From assembly GCA_001804285.1 (NCBI GenBank), contig MHFR01000060.1:34442-98441 (forward strand): DNA of 64,000 bases, written 5' to 3'. Position numbers and translations under genes: made by a program. Origin of the DNA: Candidatus Danuiimicrobium aquiferis (GTDB taxonomy: Bacteria; Omnitrophota; Omnitrophia; Omnitrophales; Danuiimicrobiaceae). The notes under the pieces were generated by a model, which was not told the DNA's origin, did no database searches, and worked only from the letters and a program-made list of their open reading frames with translations. Of this stretch, positions 31,335 to 40,414 are shown one piece after another (within the stretch, counting starts at the first letter, position 1; the number at the start of each line of letters is the position of its first letter).

Positions 31335-32339
31335 TTAATCCACCGCTTTCGGTGCGCTCCACGTTCCATCGGGTTGGAGTTGGGAATAGGAAATAATGAT
31401 GTCGTTCTTATCAAAATCAATCACGGCAAAATATGCTTTCCTGCCGCCGTTCGAAAACGATACTTCAGAAATGATTTTATTTGTTCCAAAATGGACCGGC
31501 GCGGGATCTGTCCATTTGCCGTTTTTCATTTCCGAACGAAACGGCGTCAATTCATTAAACCTGCCGAAATAAATGGCAGTTTGATCGTCACTCACCCAAA
31601 TCAGATCCTCGTCACCGCGGTTGATATTCTGTCCCATATTCACGGCTACATCCCACGTCCCGTCCATGCGCCTGGAGGAATAATACAAATCCCGTTTCCC
31701 AAAACCGCCGATCCGGTCCGACATAAAATAAAGCGTCATCCCGTTTTTTGAAATGTGAGGGTTGTCCTCGTGAAACTTGGTATTGACGGACGGTCCCAAC
31801 CACTCCGGGCGTCCCCATCCCGCACCCGGATTTTTTTTGGCCATATAAATATCCATTTTAGGCGAACCGGGCGGGTTCGGTTTTGCAAAATAAAACTGGT
31901 TGCCATCCGCTGACGGCATCCCGCAGCAGTCACCGGTCTCATTATTAAACGGAAGATTCACCGGCGCCCCCCACGTCCCATCGGGGTTCTTCGTGGAAAC
32001 ATAGAGGTCCGCATCCTCCCACGGACTTGCGTTGTGATGATGTCCGGGGCGATCGGGTCCGGCTTTCACGGGAAATTTTTCGCCTTTAAAGGTCGGAAAG
32101 AAATTCCACGGCGTATACATGAAATATAATTTCTGGTCGTCCGGTGTCACATACGGCGAATCCTCCCAGCCGCGGGTATTAATTTTGGCTGGGCTACACC
32201 CCGGTGCCGCGATGTCCACACACGATGCCGGCGTTGCCGGCCCGAGTGCTTTTTTCGACGATCCGGCAAACACATCGAACGAAACCAAAACGAAGAAACT
32301 TAGGCAAGATAAAAACAGAACCATTCTTTTCTTTTCCAT
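31335..32339 (-). CDS. secreted PD40/WD40-like beta-propeller protein
   Basis: signal peptide; repeats INT..WEDSPYVTPD..LYF, LYFMSDR.GGFG..DLY, W..P.NLG. Confidence 0.85.
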   Translation of the reverse strand: MEKKRMVLFLSCLSFFVLVSFDVFAGSSKKALGPATPASCVDIAAPGCSPAKINTRGWEDSPYVTPDDQKLYFMYTPWNFFPTFKGEKFPVKAGPDRPGHHHNASPWEDADLYVSTKNPDGTWGAPVNLPFNNETGDCCGMPSADGNQFYFAKPNPPGSPKMDIYMAKKNPGAGWGRPEWLGPSVNTKFHEDNPHISKNGMTLYFMSDRIGGFGKRDLYYSSRRMDGTWDVAVNMGQNINRGDEDLIWVSDDQTAIYFGRFNELTPFRSEMKNGKWTDPAPVHFGTNKIISEVSFSNGGRKAYFAVIDFDKNDIIISYSQLQPDGTWSAPKAVD

Positions 32340-32490
32340 AAAATCTTCACTTTTTGTTTGTTAACGTTTTGGCCGAACGGCCAACGCATACCGGACGCGG
32401 CGTCCGGTATCAGGCATCAATCAAGTGAATAACATCAAGCCTGTCCCCTTCATCTACACCTGGCACCTTTATTTTGCATCATGAGGATGG

Positions 32491-32823
32491 TTAACAATCT
32501 TTCCGGGAGGCGTACGTAAAGCAAAAGAAATATTTTCGCCATGAAGCTTCGGTGGATGAGAATTCATTTGTCCCAACGAAAAAGTCAACTAACGCTTCAC
32601 GCATACGCGCAATCTCCCTAAGCCGCGTTTTGTTTCTTGCGTCATCGATCGTCAAATCGATCAATTCGAGCGCCCGTTCGAATGCTTTTTGCGTGTACAT
32701 GTCATTGTGTTTGATCCGCCAATTGATAGACCGTTCAACTTCACTGCCAATATTGGCCATTTGTTCGATAAATCTGAGTTGGCTCCAGCGGCCTTCAGCA
32801 AGTTGTTTGTGTTGAATGGTCAT
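32491..32823 (-). CDS. conserved hypothetical protein
   Basis: EQMANIGSEVER..RALELIDLT..LREIAR.RE; 4-nt overlap with the upstream gene. Confidence 0.7.
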   Translation of the reverse strand: MTIQHKQLAEGRWSQLRFIEQMANIGSEVERSINWRIKHNDMYTQKAFERALELIDLTIDDARNKTRLREIARMREALVDFFVGTNEFSSTEASWRKYFFCFTYASRKDC

Positions 32824-33161
32824 CCTGTAATCCTCTTGGCAACCATCGCCAAAATCTTTTCCCGAAGGGCCTGATTTTCAACGCCTCGACTCTTATTTCC
32901 CTGAGATGGCCGCATATTAATCATCGAATCAAATTCAACAAACTCGTCTTCCTGCGCTTCGGGATATAGGTTAAGTCCCCAAAGATTTTTCTGTTTCGAT
33001 CCGTCTTCAAGAAGCAGCGCCTCCAAATCAGCATGGAGTTCTGCATCTACCGCAATCAGCTCTCTTTCAACATCAGCAACCGCTTTTACCATATCCCCAA
33101 ATAAACTGGCGGCGATGTGTTTTAATTCAGTCAAGGTTAATGATTCACGTATGATGAGCAT
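32820..33161 (-). CDS. DUF5674-like protein
   Basis: MVKAVADV, ELHADLE..LL..GS.Q.NLWG.N, FDSMINMRP..GN.SR. Confidence 0.75.
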   Translation of the reverse strand: MLIIRESLTLTELKHIAASLFGDMVKAVADVERELIAVDAELHADLEALLLEDGSKQKNLWGLNLYPEAQEDEFVEFDSMINMRPSQGNKSRGVENQALREKILAMVAKRITG

Positions 33162-33248
33162 AAAAAGGTTAGATGCAGTTTAATATTAAACTAAATTTTG
33201 GGCTCTCCGGTACAAACTGTTACCCATGTGTCCGGTACGGACCATTTG

Positions 33249-33319
33249 GGTAGTCTCGGGGCGGCCATGACTCTCATTTAAATATATTTTCTTTTATTCA
33301 TCGGAAGTCATGACTGTCC
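33249..33319 (-). repeat. hairpin ending in a copy of the tRNA-Pro 3' acceptor strand and flank
   Basis: ggtagtctcggggcgg vs ggtagtttcggggcgg at the tRNA; stem ggacagtcatgact/agtcatggccgccc. Confidence 0.65.
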
Positions 33320-33366
33320 ATAGGCTTTCATTGGAAAACAATATTAAACTATTTATTAAGGTAGTT

Positions 33367-33440
33367 TCGGGGCGGTAGGATTTGAACCTACGACCTCACG
33401 GTCCCGAACCGTGCGCGATACCAAACTTCGCTACGCCCCG
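33367..33440 (-). tRNA. tRNA-Pro(CGG), CCA not encoded
   Basis: CGGGGCGTAGCGAAGTTTGGTATCGCGCACGGTTCGGGACCGTGAGGTCGTAGGTTCAAATCCTACCGCCCCGA. Confidence 0.97.
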
Positions 33441-33480
33441 AAACTACATTAAGAAGAAAACAAAGCCATGCATCAATCAA

Positions 33481-33550
33481 AGTTTCGGGCAGTGCTTGAG
33501 CGACCTCTGCTAATTTCAATCAATGCTCAAGTGCGCCCCGAAACTACATT
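33481..33550 (-). repeat. hairpin carrying the tRNA-Pro 5' flank and acceptor stem
   Basis: cgccccgaaactacatt (17 bp) is identical to 33434-33450; closes with gcccgaaact. Confidence 0.8.
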
Positions 33551-33699
33551 TCAAATAATATACAATCCGGGCACCTGCCGCTCATGCACCGCATAACGTC
33601 CTTTAACATTTTTCACAGCTAAAAGCCAACAGCTGACCGCTAAAGATTACGTATTATATTGTTTTTTAACAGAATTAGAAGAAAAGATTTCAGACGATT

Positions 33700-35070
33700 T
33701 TAGATCTTGAAATAATCGATGATCCACGCCGCATCCTTTGAAGAGGCCCGGTTCCAGCTCTCGATCAATTGATCCGCCGGCGATTTCCCCGGACCGGTAA
33801 TTTCTTCTTTAAGCGGTCCGAGATAAATACTCTCATCGCGGCCCTTTTCATTCACCATGGCCATCCGTTTGAGTCCGGCTTCACTCATTGCAACAAGCTC
33901 ACGCGCATAATCGAGTACACAGTTCTTCTCCATTTTTGCGCGCAAGCCCTCCTTCTCGATCGATTCACGAAGTTGAACAAACGTTTCCCGGCAAAACGGC
34001 TTCAATAATTTTTCAGCATCCTTCATTGCCCGATCATCATAAAGAATTCCTTTCCAGAATGCCGCCACGGAAGGAATCAATTGACACCGCTGGCCGTCCA
34101 TGCCGCGCACTTCAACATAATGTTTAAACCGCGCGTCCGTAAAAATCGTGCTCAAATGAAGATCAAAATCTTCACGCGTCGGATAAATCCCCTCATAACC
34201 GTTTTCAATAAAGTGACGAAACGTCAAATTCTTCACGGGTAACCAGTCATCACTGCGGACCACAAACATGACCGGCACATCCAAAACATAATTTAAATAA
34301 TCATCAAACGTACATTTTTGGCAGACAAGATCGAGCACGAGGCCAGTACGATCGGGATCCGTATGACGCCAAATATAAAGGCGTTCCGATTGAAAACCGG
34401 ATAACTTCCCGCTGGAAAAAGCGCTGTTCGAAAACATAGCGGCGGCAAACGGAGTCACTGCCAGAATGAGCCGCATTTTTTCGATGGCGTCCTGTTCGTC
34501 CCGGTAATCGAGATTGACCTGATCCGTGGCGGTTCGTTTCATCATGTCATGCGCACGGGCACCTTTTTGGATGAGGTAATCCGCCATGATTCGGTAGCGT
34601 TTTTTCGGAACCCATTCGATAGATTCAAGCCCGGAAAACGGATGAATCCCGCAGGCAAGCCACGAAATTTTTCCCAAAATTTGTGCAGCTATTTTTAATT
34701 GAAAGAAAAAATCATTCAACTGCGACTTCGCTTCATGGATGCTTCGAACAGGTTCACCGCTTAGTTCAATCTGTCCGCCGGGCTCGAGCGTAATCATTGT
34801 ATGCCCTTTTTGCAGGGCAATCGTGCGATCCCCTTCTTGAATGGGTGTGTAGCCGAATTCCCGGGAAAGCACCCGCAGCACCGCTTCCACGCCCCGCTTT
34901 CCGGAATAAGGCAGTGCTTCCGCCGTTTCAGAATGAACACCGAAAATTTCACATTCAATACCGATTTTTTCCGCTCCCGCAGGCTTTCCAAATTCCTGAA
35001 AATAGCCTCGCAAATCCTCTACCGAATGAATGGGGATCGCTCGAGAATTGGTGTGTAAAAAAGTACTCAT
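33700..35070 (-). CDS. gshA: glutamate-cysteine ligase (GCS2, plant/alphaproteobacterial type)
   Basis: IGIECE, ITLEPGGQIELSG, PKKRY.IM, QVNLDY, HLSTIFTDARFK..VEVRGMD. Confidence 0.92.
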   Translation of the reverse strand: MSTFLHTNSRAIPIHSVEDLRGYFQEFGKPAGAEKIGIECEIFGVHSETAEALPYSGKRGVEAVLRVLSREFGYTPIQEGDRTIALQKGHTMITLEPGGQIELSGEPVRSIHEAKSQLNDFFFQLKIAAQILGKISWLACGIHPFSGLESIEWVPKKRYRIMADYLIQKGARAHDMMKRTATDQVNLDYRDEQDAIEKMRLILAVTPFAAAMFSNSAFSSGKLSGFQSERLYIWRHTDPDRTGLVLDLVCQKCTFDDYLNYVLDVPVMFVVRSDDWLPVKNLTFRHFIENGYEGIYPTREDFDLHLSTIFTDARFKHYVEVRGMDGQRCQLIPSVAAFWKGILYDDRAMKDAEKLLKPFCRETFVQLRESIEKEGLRAKMEKNCVLDYARELVAMSEAGLKRMAMVNEKGRDESIYLGPLKEEITGPGKSPADQLIESWNRASSKDAAWIIDYFKI

Positions 35071-35113
35071 CTCAGCATGCCTTTTTCTTAAATTTGCCTT
35101 ATAATACTGCCTT

Positions 35114-36106
35114 ATGATAGCCCAAGGACAAAGGAAAGACAACCCGAAACAGCCGGTAAAAGCACTCTCCATAGGGTTCGTCATGGATCCGATGGAACAT
35201 ATTGATATTCAATATGATAGTTCGGTTTCGCTGATGATGGAGGCTGAAAAACGCGGCCACCGGATCTATTATTTCGAACCTCGGGATATTTACACTCAGA
35301 ATCATGAACTTCTGGGATGCGCGCGAAAAATTTCAATTCCGGCCCGAAAAACGGGCTTCCGGGTCCTTTCCACAGAACGGGTTTATCTAAAAAATTTGGA
35401 TGTTCTGTTCATTCGAAAAGATCCTCCGTTCGACTTATCTTACCTGTATCTCATGCAAATCCTGACCCTCATTGAAAAAGACGTTTTTGTCATTAATTCC
35501 GCACACGGAATCGAGCGGGCCAATGAAAAACTTTATATCCTTGAATTTCCCCGGTGGATTCCACCGACCACCGTCACCAATGATCCTTTGCGGATCGAAG
35601 AATTTCAAAAAAAAATAAAGTCCGATATCATTATAAAACCGCTTGATCAAAAAGGAGGTGCAGGAATTAAACTCCTTCCGTTCCGTTTGTCGAACAGCCG
35701 CCAAGCTTTGAACCGAATGACCCGGCACGGAACAAAATGGGTCATGGTTCAAAAATTCATTAAGGCGAGCCGCACAAAAGGCGATAAACGAATTTTACTT
35801 TTAAACGGAAATGTACTCGGGCAATTCCGCAGAATTCCGGTCCGTGGTGAATTCCGCGCTAATTTATCCCTGGGAGGAATGGAAGCGAAAGCAACTTTAA
35901 CCAACCGCGAACGGAAAATGGTTCGCGCAATTCGGCCCAAGCTGATTCGAGACGGGCTTTATTTCGTGGGGATTGATATTGTTGACGGTTATTTAATTGA
36001 AATTAATGTGACCAGTCCGGCCGGGCTTACCGTGCTTGAGGCACTCGACGGAAAGCGGCTTGAGCCGAAAGTGATTGATTTTGCTGAATCCCGGGTTTTG
36101 CATTAG
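35114..36106 (+). CDS. gshB: glutathione synthetase
   Basis: FVMDP, RKDPPFD, NEKL, GDKRI, RANL, EINVTSP. Confidence 0.95.
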   Translation: MIAQGQRKDNPKQPVKALSIGFVMDPMEHIDIQYDSSVSLMMEAEKRGHRIYYFEPRDIYTQNHELLGCARKISIPARKTGFRVLSTERVYLKNLDVLFIRKDPPFDLSYLYLMQILTLIEKDVFVINSAHGIERANEKLYILEFPRWIPPTTVTNDPLRIEEFQKKIKSDIIIKPLDQKGGAGIKLLPFRLSNSRQALNRMTRHGTKWVMVQKFIKASRTKGDKRILLLNGNVLGQFRRIPVRGEFRANLSLGGMEAKATLTNRERKMVRAIRPKLIRDGLYFVGIDIVDGYLIEINVTSPAGLTVLEALDGKRLEPKVIDFAESRVLH

Positions 36107-36308
36107 CCCGGATTTCGCATCTTTAATAAGAAATTCCGCTCATAAGAGCTGCGGTGCAAAGATGGTTTGTATCTTTGCGACGCAGGGCTTATCTTTTGCG
36201 CCCTTGTTAAATCAGGGCGCAAAACTTTGGGCCACCTGATTGCGCCCAAAGCGACTTTCTCGTCGATTCACGAAATCGATGAGAAAGTCGGGTTAGCCCG
36301 GATTTCTC
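36103..36308 (+). mobile_element. TTAG-MITE copy 2 (full length to 36296, plus start of a tandem copy)
   Basis: TTAG-CCCGGATTTC...GAAAGTCGGG-TTAG-CCCGGATTTCTC. Confidence 0.9.
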
Positions 36309-38028
36309 CGGTTCCCGCCGCGGCTTCGCCTTCCTTCACCGCAGGCGGCACATATCCTAAATACCATAAACTGCGTTCAATCACCGATTTGAAAACCGGC
36401 GCAGCCACGGTTCCACCGTAATAAAGCGGATGGGGATCATCAATTCCCACAAACATGGCAAGCTGGGGATCTTCCACCGGCGCAAATCCGATAAAACTGC
36501 CGATAAAATGCGAATGCGAATAAGTTCCATTCGGCTCAAGCTTCTGAGAAGTCCCTGTTTTTCCGCCGGCACGGATATCAGTCATATATGCACCTTTTCC
36601 GGTTCCCTCGCTCACCACTCGTTCCAAAATCCCTTTGACCGTTTCAGCCACAGCCGGCGAAACGATCGGACCCCGGAGTTCCGGCTCCCGATGTGACAAT
36701 ACGACGCCTTTTGAATCCTTGATTTCTTTCAATAAGTAGGGTTTCACCAAATATCCGCCATTTGCAATCACGCTCACCGCGCGCACCATTTGAAGCGCAG
36801 TTGCAGCGACTTCCTGGCCATATGGAATAGACGTAATCGAAAATTTTGACCATCTATCCAACGGCCGGAAAATGCCGACCACTTCTCCGGGAAAATCAAT
36901 ACCTGTTTTATCGCCAAAACCGAATTTCTTGACATACTCGTAAAGTTTTTTATCTCCAAGTTTCATTGCAATTTTAACCGTCCCGATATTGCTTGATTTA
37001 ATGAGAACCATCGGCACGTCTAAAATTCCGTAAGGATGCACATCATGAATCGTTCGGTTAGGACGGGCACGCCAAAACCCTTGTTCGCAATTAAATGTGT
37101 CTGTTAACTGAATCGCTTTTTCCTGAAGCGCACCCGTCACCGTTACAATTTTAAAAACAGAACCCGGCTCAAAGATATCCGTCACGGGCCGGTTGCGGCG
37201 GCTTGCCGTATCGGATTTCCCGCGAAAATTCGGATCGAATGTCGGCCGCGATGCCATGGCAAGAATCTCACCCGTCTTCGGGTTCATCACGACTGCAATC
37301 GCAGCTTTCGCTTTCCATTGTAAAAACGCCTCATTCAAAGCCTGCTCTGTGTAAAATTGAATATGCTTATCAATGGTCAGAATCAAATCAGCGCCATCAA
37401 CCGCCGGAATTAATTTTTGCTCCATTGAAACGATTTCCCGGCCAAGCGCATCCCGTTTCGTATAGCGATATCCCGTCCTTCCGGATAGTTCGCGTTCATA
37501 AAGCATTTCGAGGCCGTCCACTCCTTTGTTATCAATATCACAGAAACCGAGGATATTCGAAAGCATCTCACTATGAGGATAAAACCGTTTACTTTCGTAA
37601 GCCACTCCGAGCACCGGATTCTCCAAACTCATGATTTCTTCTGCTTCTTTCACAGCCGTTCTGCGTTTAAGCCATACAAATGATTTATCGCGCAAAAGCC
37701 GGTCCGATAAATATTTCTGATCGAGCCCGAGAATCCGGCTGAGAATGGCTGCCAATTTTTTTATGTTGGATTTTGAAATCAACCTGGGCACGGCATAAAT
37801 AGAGGGGGATCTCAAGTTGGTAGCAAGCACTTGCATGCGATGATCATAAATAACGCCACGCTCTGGAGGAATTTCAATCACAAGATTGTGCTGTCGTTCG
37901 GCAAAATCAGTCAACATTTCCTGATTCCGAACCGTCAACCGGAAAAGCTGGTAAAAAATCAGAAGGAATAGAATCACAACGGAAATATACAACAGTAAAA
38001 TGCGTCTTTTAAAACTTTTCGCGAGCAT
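36268..38028 (-). CDS. ftsI: penicillin-binding protein (FtsI/PBP3-like)
   Basis: EPGSVFK, KSSN, GKTGT; dcw context. Confidence 0.9.
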   Translation of the reverse strand: MLAKSFKRRILLLYISVVILFLLIFYQLFRLTVRNQEMLTDFAERQHNLVIEIPPERGVIYDHRMQVLATNLRSPSIYAVPRLISKSNIKKLAAILSRILGLDQKYLSDRLLRDKSFVWLKRRTAVKEAEEIMSLENPVLGVAYESKRFYPHSEMLSNILGFCDIDNKGVDGLEMLYERELSGRTGYRYTKRDALGREIVSMEQKLIPAVDGADLILTIDKHIQFYTEQALNEAFLQWKAKAAIAVVMNPKTGEILAMASRPTFDPNFRGKSDTASRRNRPVTDIFEPGSVFKIVTVTGALQEKAIQLTDTFNCEQGFWRARPNRTIHDVHPYGILDVPMVLIKSSNIGTVKIAMKLGDKKLYEYVKKFGFGDKTGIDFPGEVVGIFRPLDRWSKFSITSIPYGQEVAATALQMVRAVSVIANGGYLVKPYLLKEIKDSKGVVLSHREPELRGPIVSPAVAETVKGILERVVSEGTGKGAYMTDIRAGGKTGTSQKLEPNGTYSHSHFIGSFIGFAPVEDPQLAMFVGIDDPHPLYYGGTVAAPVFKSVIERSLWYLGYVPPAVKEGEAAAGTGEIRANPTFSSIS

Positions 38029-38029
38029 C

Positions 38030-38401
38030 CTACTTGGAGGGTTTTGCCTGGGCTTCCTTTACCGCACTCAGCGCGGCAAGAAAACCCGTCTTCGCAGGCA
38101 TTTTAGGTTCAATCGCCGGAGTCATGACTTTATCAATTTTCACCTTAATGACATCCGCTACTTTTGGGTTGGTTAAATCGAGAGAGCAATGTTTCATTTG
38201 TTTGTCGAGGAACTCAGGAGATCTCAACCGCTCATTCCGGAAACGTGCTATTTTATATTGTTCGCTCAATTGTACCAATTCGCGTTCTTTTTTGCCGATC
38301 GAATATGACACCCGGAAGATTTCGGTTTGAACATGAACGTACAATAAAAGAAGAATGGTCCCGCAAATAATAAATGAGAATATTTTCTTCTGAATATACA
38401 T
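38030..38401 (-). CDS. FtsL-like bitopic protein
   Basis: N-terminal TM plus coiled coil ending LRSPE; lies between rsmH and ftsI. Confidence 0.65.
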   Translation of the reverse strand: MYIQKKIFSFIICGTILLLLYVHVQTEIFRVSYSIGKKERELVQLSEQYKIARFRNERLRSPEFLDKQMKHCSLDLTNPKVADVIKVKIDKVMTPAIEPKMPAKTGFLAALSAVKEAQAKPSK

Positions 38402-38403
38402 AA

Positions 38404-39288
38404 TTATTTCACCCGTTTAATCACACGCAATTTCGCCGACCGCGACATGCTATTGTGCAATATTTCTTCTTCGCCCGGACAAACCGGCTTTTTCGTTAAA
38501 ATAACACCCCGCGATTCAGTTTTCATTCGCTTGAAAAAGTGTTTAACGATCCGATCTTCAAGCGAATGAAAACTAATCACTGAAAGTTTACCATTTATCA
38601 CCAAGGAGTCAAACGCTTTTGGCAACGCTTCGGTCAATTGATTGAGTTCATCATTCACGGCAATGCGAAGCGCCTGAAAAACCCGCGTTGCCGGGTGGAT
38701 TCTTCCATACCGGAAACGTGCCGGTGTCAAATTGAAAATCAGTTCCGCCAAATCTTTCGTTGTTTGAATTTCTTTTTTCGTCCGTTCGCGAACGATCGCA
38801 CGAGCAATTGAACGCGCATGCCGTTCCTCACCATATTCATAAAATATCGTACTCAATTCTTCTTCGGATGAATCATGGATCAACTCAGCGGCCGTACGCC
38901 CACTGGTTTGATCCATTCGCATATCAAGAGGCCCGTCACGGAGAAAGCTGAATCCACGTCCGGCATCCTCAATCTGATCCAAACAAAATCCTACATCTAA
39001 AAGAACGGCATCCACACGTGGCATATTGAGAGAAACCAGTATTTCGTCTAAACGACCGAATTGGGAATGTTTCAGGATAAAGGGTTGATTTAGCTTATTA
39101 AGCCGTTCGCGGGACCGCGCTATCGCTTGTTCGTCTTGGTCTAAACCGATGAAATAACCCGTAGAACCGATTACACGCATGATGGCTTCGGCGTGTCCAC
39201 CGCTTCCGACCGTTCCGTCCAAGACAATGTTTCCCGGACGTAAATCCAAAAGCGTTATAACTTCTTTAAGTAAAACCGGTACATGCAA
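38404..39288 (-). CDS. rsmH: 16S rRNA m4C1402 methyltransferase
   Basis: HVPVLL, RGFSF..DGPLDMRMD, FQALRIAVN, FHSLEDR. Confidence 0.97.
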   Translation of the reverse strand: MHVPVLLKEVITLLDLRPGNIVLDGTVGSGGHAEAIMRVIGSTGYFIGLDQDEQAIARSRERLNKLNQPFILKHSQFGRLDEILVSLNMPRVDAVLLDVGFCLDQIEDAGRGFSFLRDGPLDMRMDQTSGRTAAELIHDSSEEELSTIFYEYGEERHARSIARAIVRERTKKEIQTTKDLAELIFNLTPARFRYGRIHPATRVFQALRIAVNDELNQLTEALPKAFDSLVINGKLSVISFHSLEDRIVKHFFKRMKTESRGVILTKKPVCPGEEEILHNSMSRSAKLRVIKRVK

Positions 39289-39385
39289 TCTAAATCTCCG
39301 TTAAATATGAATGGATAAGAACAAATCCCCGTTGATCACATGACCTGAAATCTTATAATCCATTGTCAAAAAAGCAAAAAACCTC

Positions 39386-39733
39386 TTAAGCGTGCTTAAA
39401 ACTCTGCACACCTTCCTCCTCGTTTGAATACGTCTCAATCATGTCATCGATCCCCAAGTAATGCAGCATTTCCTGAACTTTCGGCTGCAAATTAACCAAC
39501 CGAATGTCGCCCCTGAGAGACCGGACTTTTTGAATCCGCTCAACGAGAATGCTGATCCCTGCAACGTCAATCCAACGCGCGCGCTTAAGATCTAAAAGAA
39601 AATAGCGATGATTTTGATTCACCAACCGGCTTAACCGATTTTTAAGATGAACCATCTGCGTAGCGTTGAGATTTCCTCCGCAACGGACAACATCCACCGG
39701 ATTTTTTCCGTTTCCGTTCAATCGATACCCCAT
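39386..39733 (-). CDS. STAS-domain anti-sigma-factor antagonist
   Basis: LLDL...WIDVAGISILV, GDIRLVNL.PKV; AAGGAAGGA RBS. Confidence 0.85.
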   Translation of the reverse strand: MGYRLNGNGKNPVDVVRCGGNLNATQMVHLKNRLSRLVNQNHRYFLLDLKRARWIDVAGISILVERIQKVRSLRGDIRLVNLQPKVQEMLHYLGIDDMIETYSNEEEGVQSFKHA

Positions 39734-39748
39734 GATTCCTTCCTTTCT

Positions 39749-40201
39749 TTAAGATTGCTGTTTTGGAATCTCGATCAACTTTTCAGCCAGTTGTTCGAAT
39801 GAATCCAAATTTCCCCTAAAAAATTGTTCCCATTTTTCTTTCGACCAAATTTCTATACGATCTGACACACCGATAATGACCACGTCCTGTTTAATCTCTC
39901 CGTATTCCTTGAGATACGTGGGGATTAAAATTCTTCCCTGTTTGTCGCATATCACTTCACTGGCACCTGAAAAATAAAGGCGGTTAAATTTTCTTGATTC
40001 TTCGCGGGTAAACGGTTGATCCCGAAATTTACGTTCCTGTAACTTCCATTCACTTTCGGGGAAGACAAACAAACAACGATCAAGGCCGCGGGTAATAAAA
40101 AATTTTTCCACATAGTGTTCTTTGAAAATCTCTCGGAACTTGGCAGGAATAATCACGCGATCTTTTGCATCCAAGGAATGCTGATATTCACCGTAGAACA
40201 T
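39749..40201 (-). CDS. mraZ: division/cell wall transcriptional regulator MraZ
   Basis: MFYGEY.HSLDAKDRVIIP, DKQGRILIP, IEIW. Confidence 0.97.
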   Translation of the reverse strand: MFYGEYQHSLDAKDRVIIPAKFREIFKEHYVEKFFITRGLDRCLFVFPESEWKLQERKFRDQPFTREESRKFNRLYFSGASEVICDKQGRILIPTYLKEYGEIKQDVVIIGVSDRIEIWSKEKWEQFFRGNLDSFEQLAEKLIEIPKQQS

Positions 40202-40210
40202 ATCTTAATT

Positions 40211-40278
40211 CTCCACTTTCTCCCACCTGAAACCACTTTACGTCACGAAGTATACCGAATTGTGGAACTCCTTGTCAA
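40211..40278 (-). promoter_or_regulatory. mraZ promoter and MraZ-binding GTGG repeats
   Basis: three GTGG at 10-bp period (40213, 40223, 40233); TTGACA-18-TATACT. Confidence 0.8.
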
Positions 40279-40311
40279 GAAATAAGATGGAGAAAACTCA
40301 AAACATACAAG

Positions 40312-40358
40312 ACACAAAATATGGTAAATAAACGAGCCGCCAACACAATATAATGTGG
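40312..40358. promoter_or_regulatory. tandem NrdR-box-like sites
   Basis: acacaaaatatggtaa and acacaatataatgtgg, 31 bp apart. Confidence 0.5.
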
Positions 40359-40414
40359 CTTATTTTAAAAGAGGGATAGTTCCTTAGAATAAAAAATGGG
40401 ATGCTGCTGAAACT

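Noticed and set aside
31088-31420. 110-aa ORF
   Set aside because: Overlaps the propeller gene, runs through the 22-bp inverted repeat, and has no RBS or recognisable motif
25400-33360. Prophage or ICE at tRNA-Pro
   Set aside because: No integrase, phage or conjugation genes, and no distal att copy was seen
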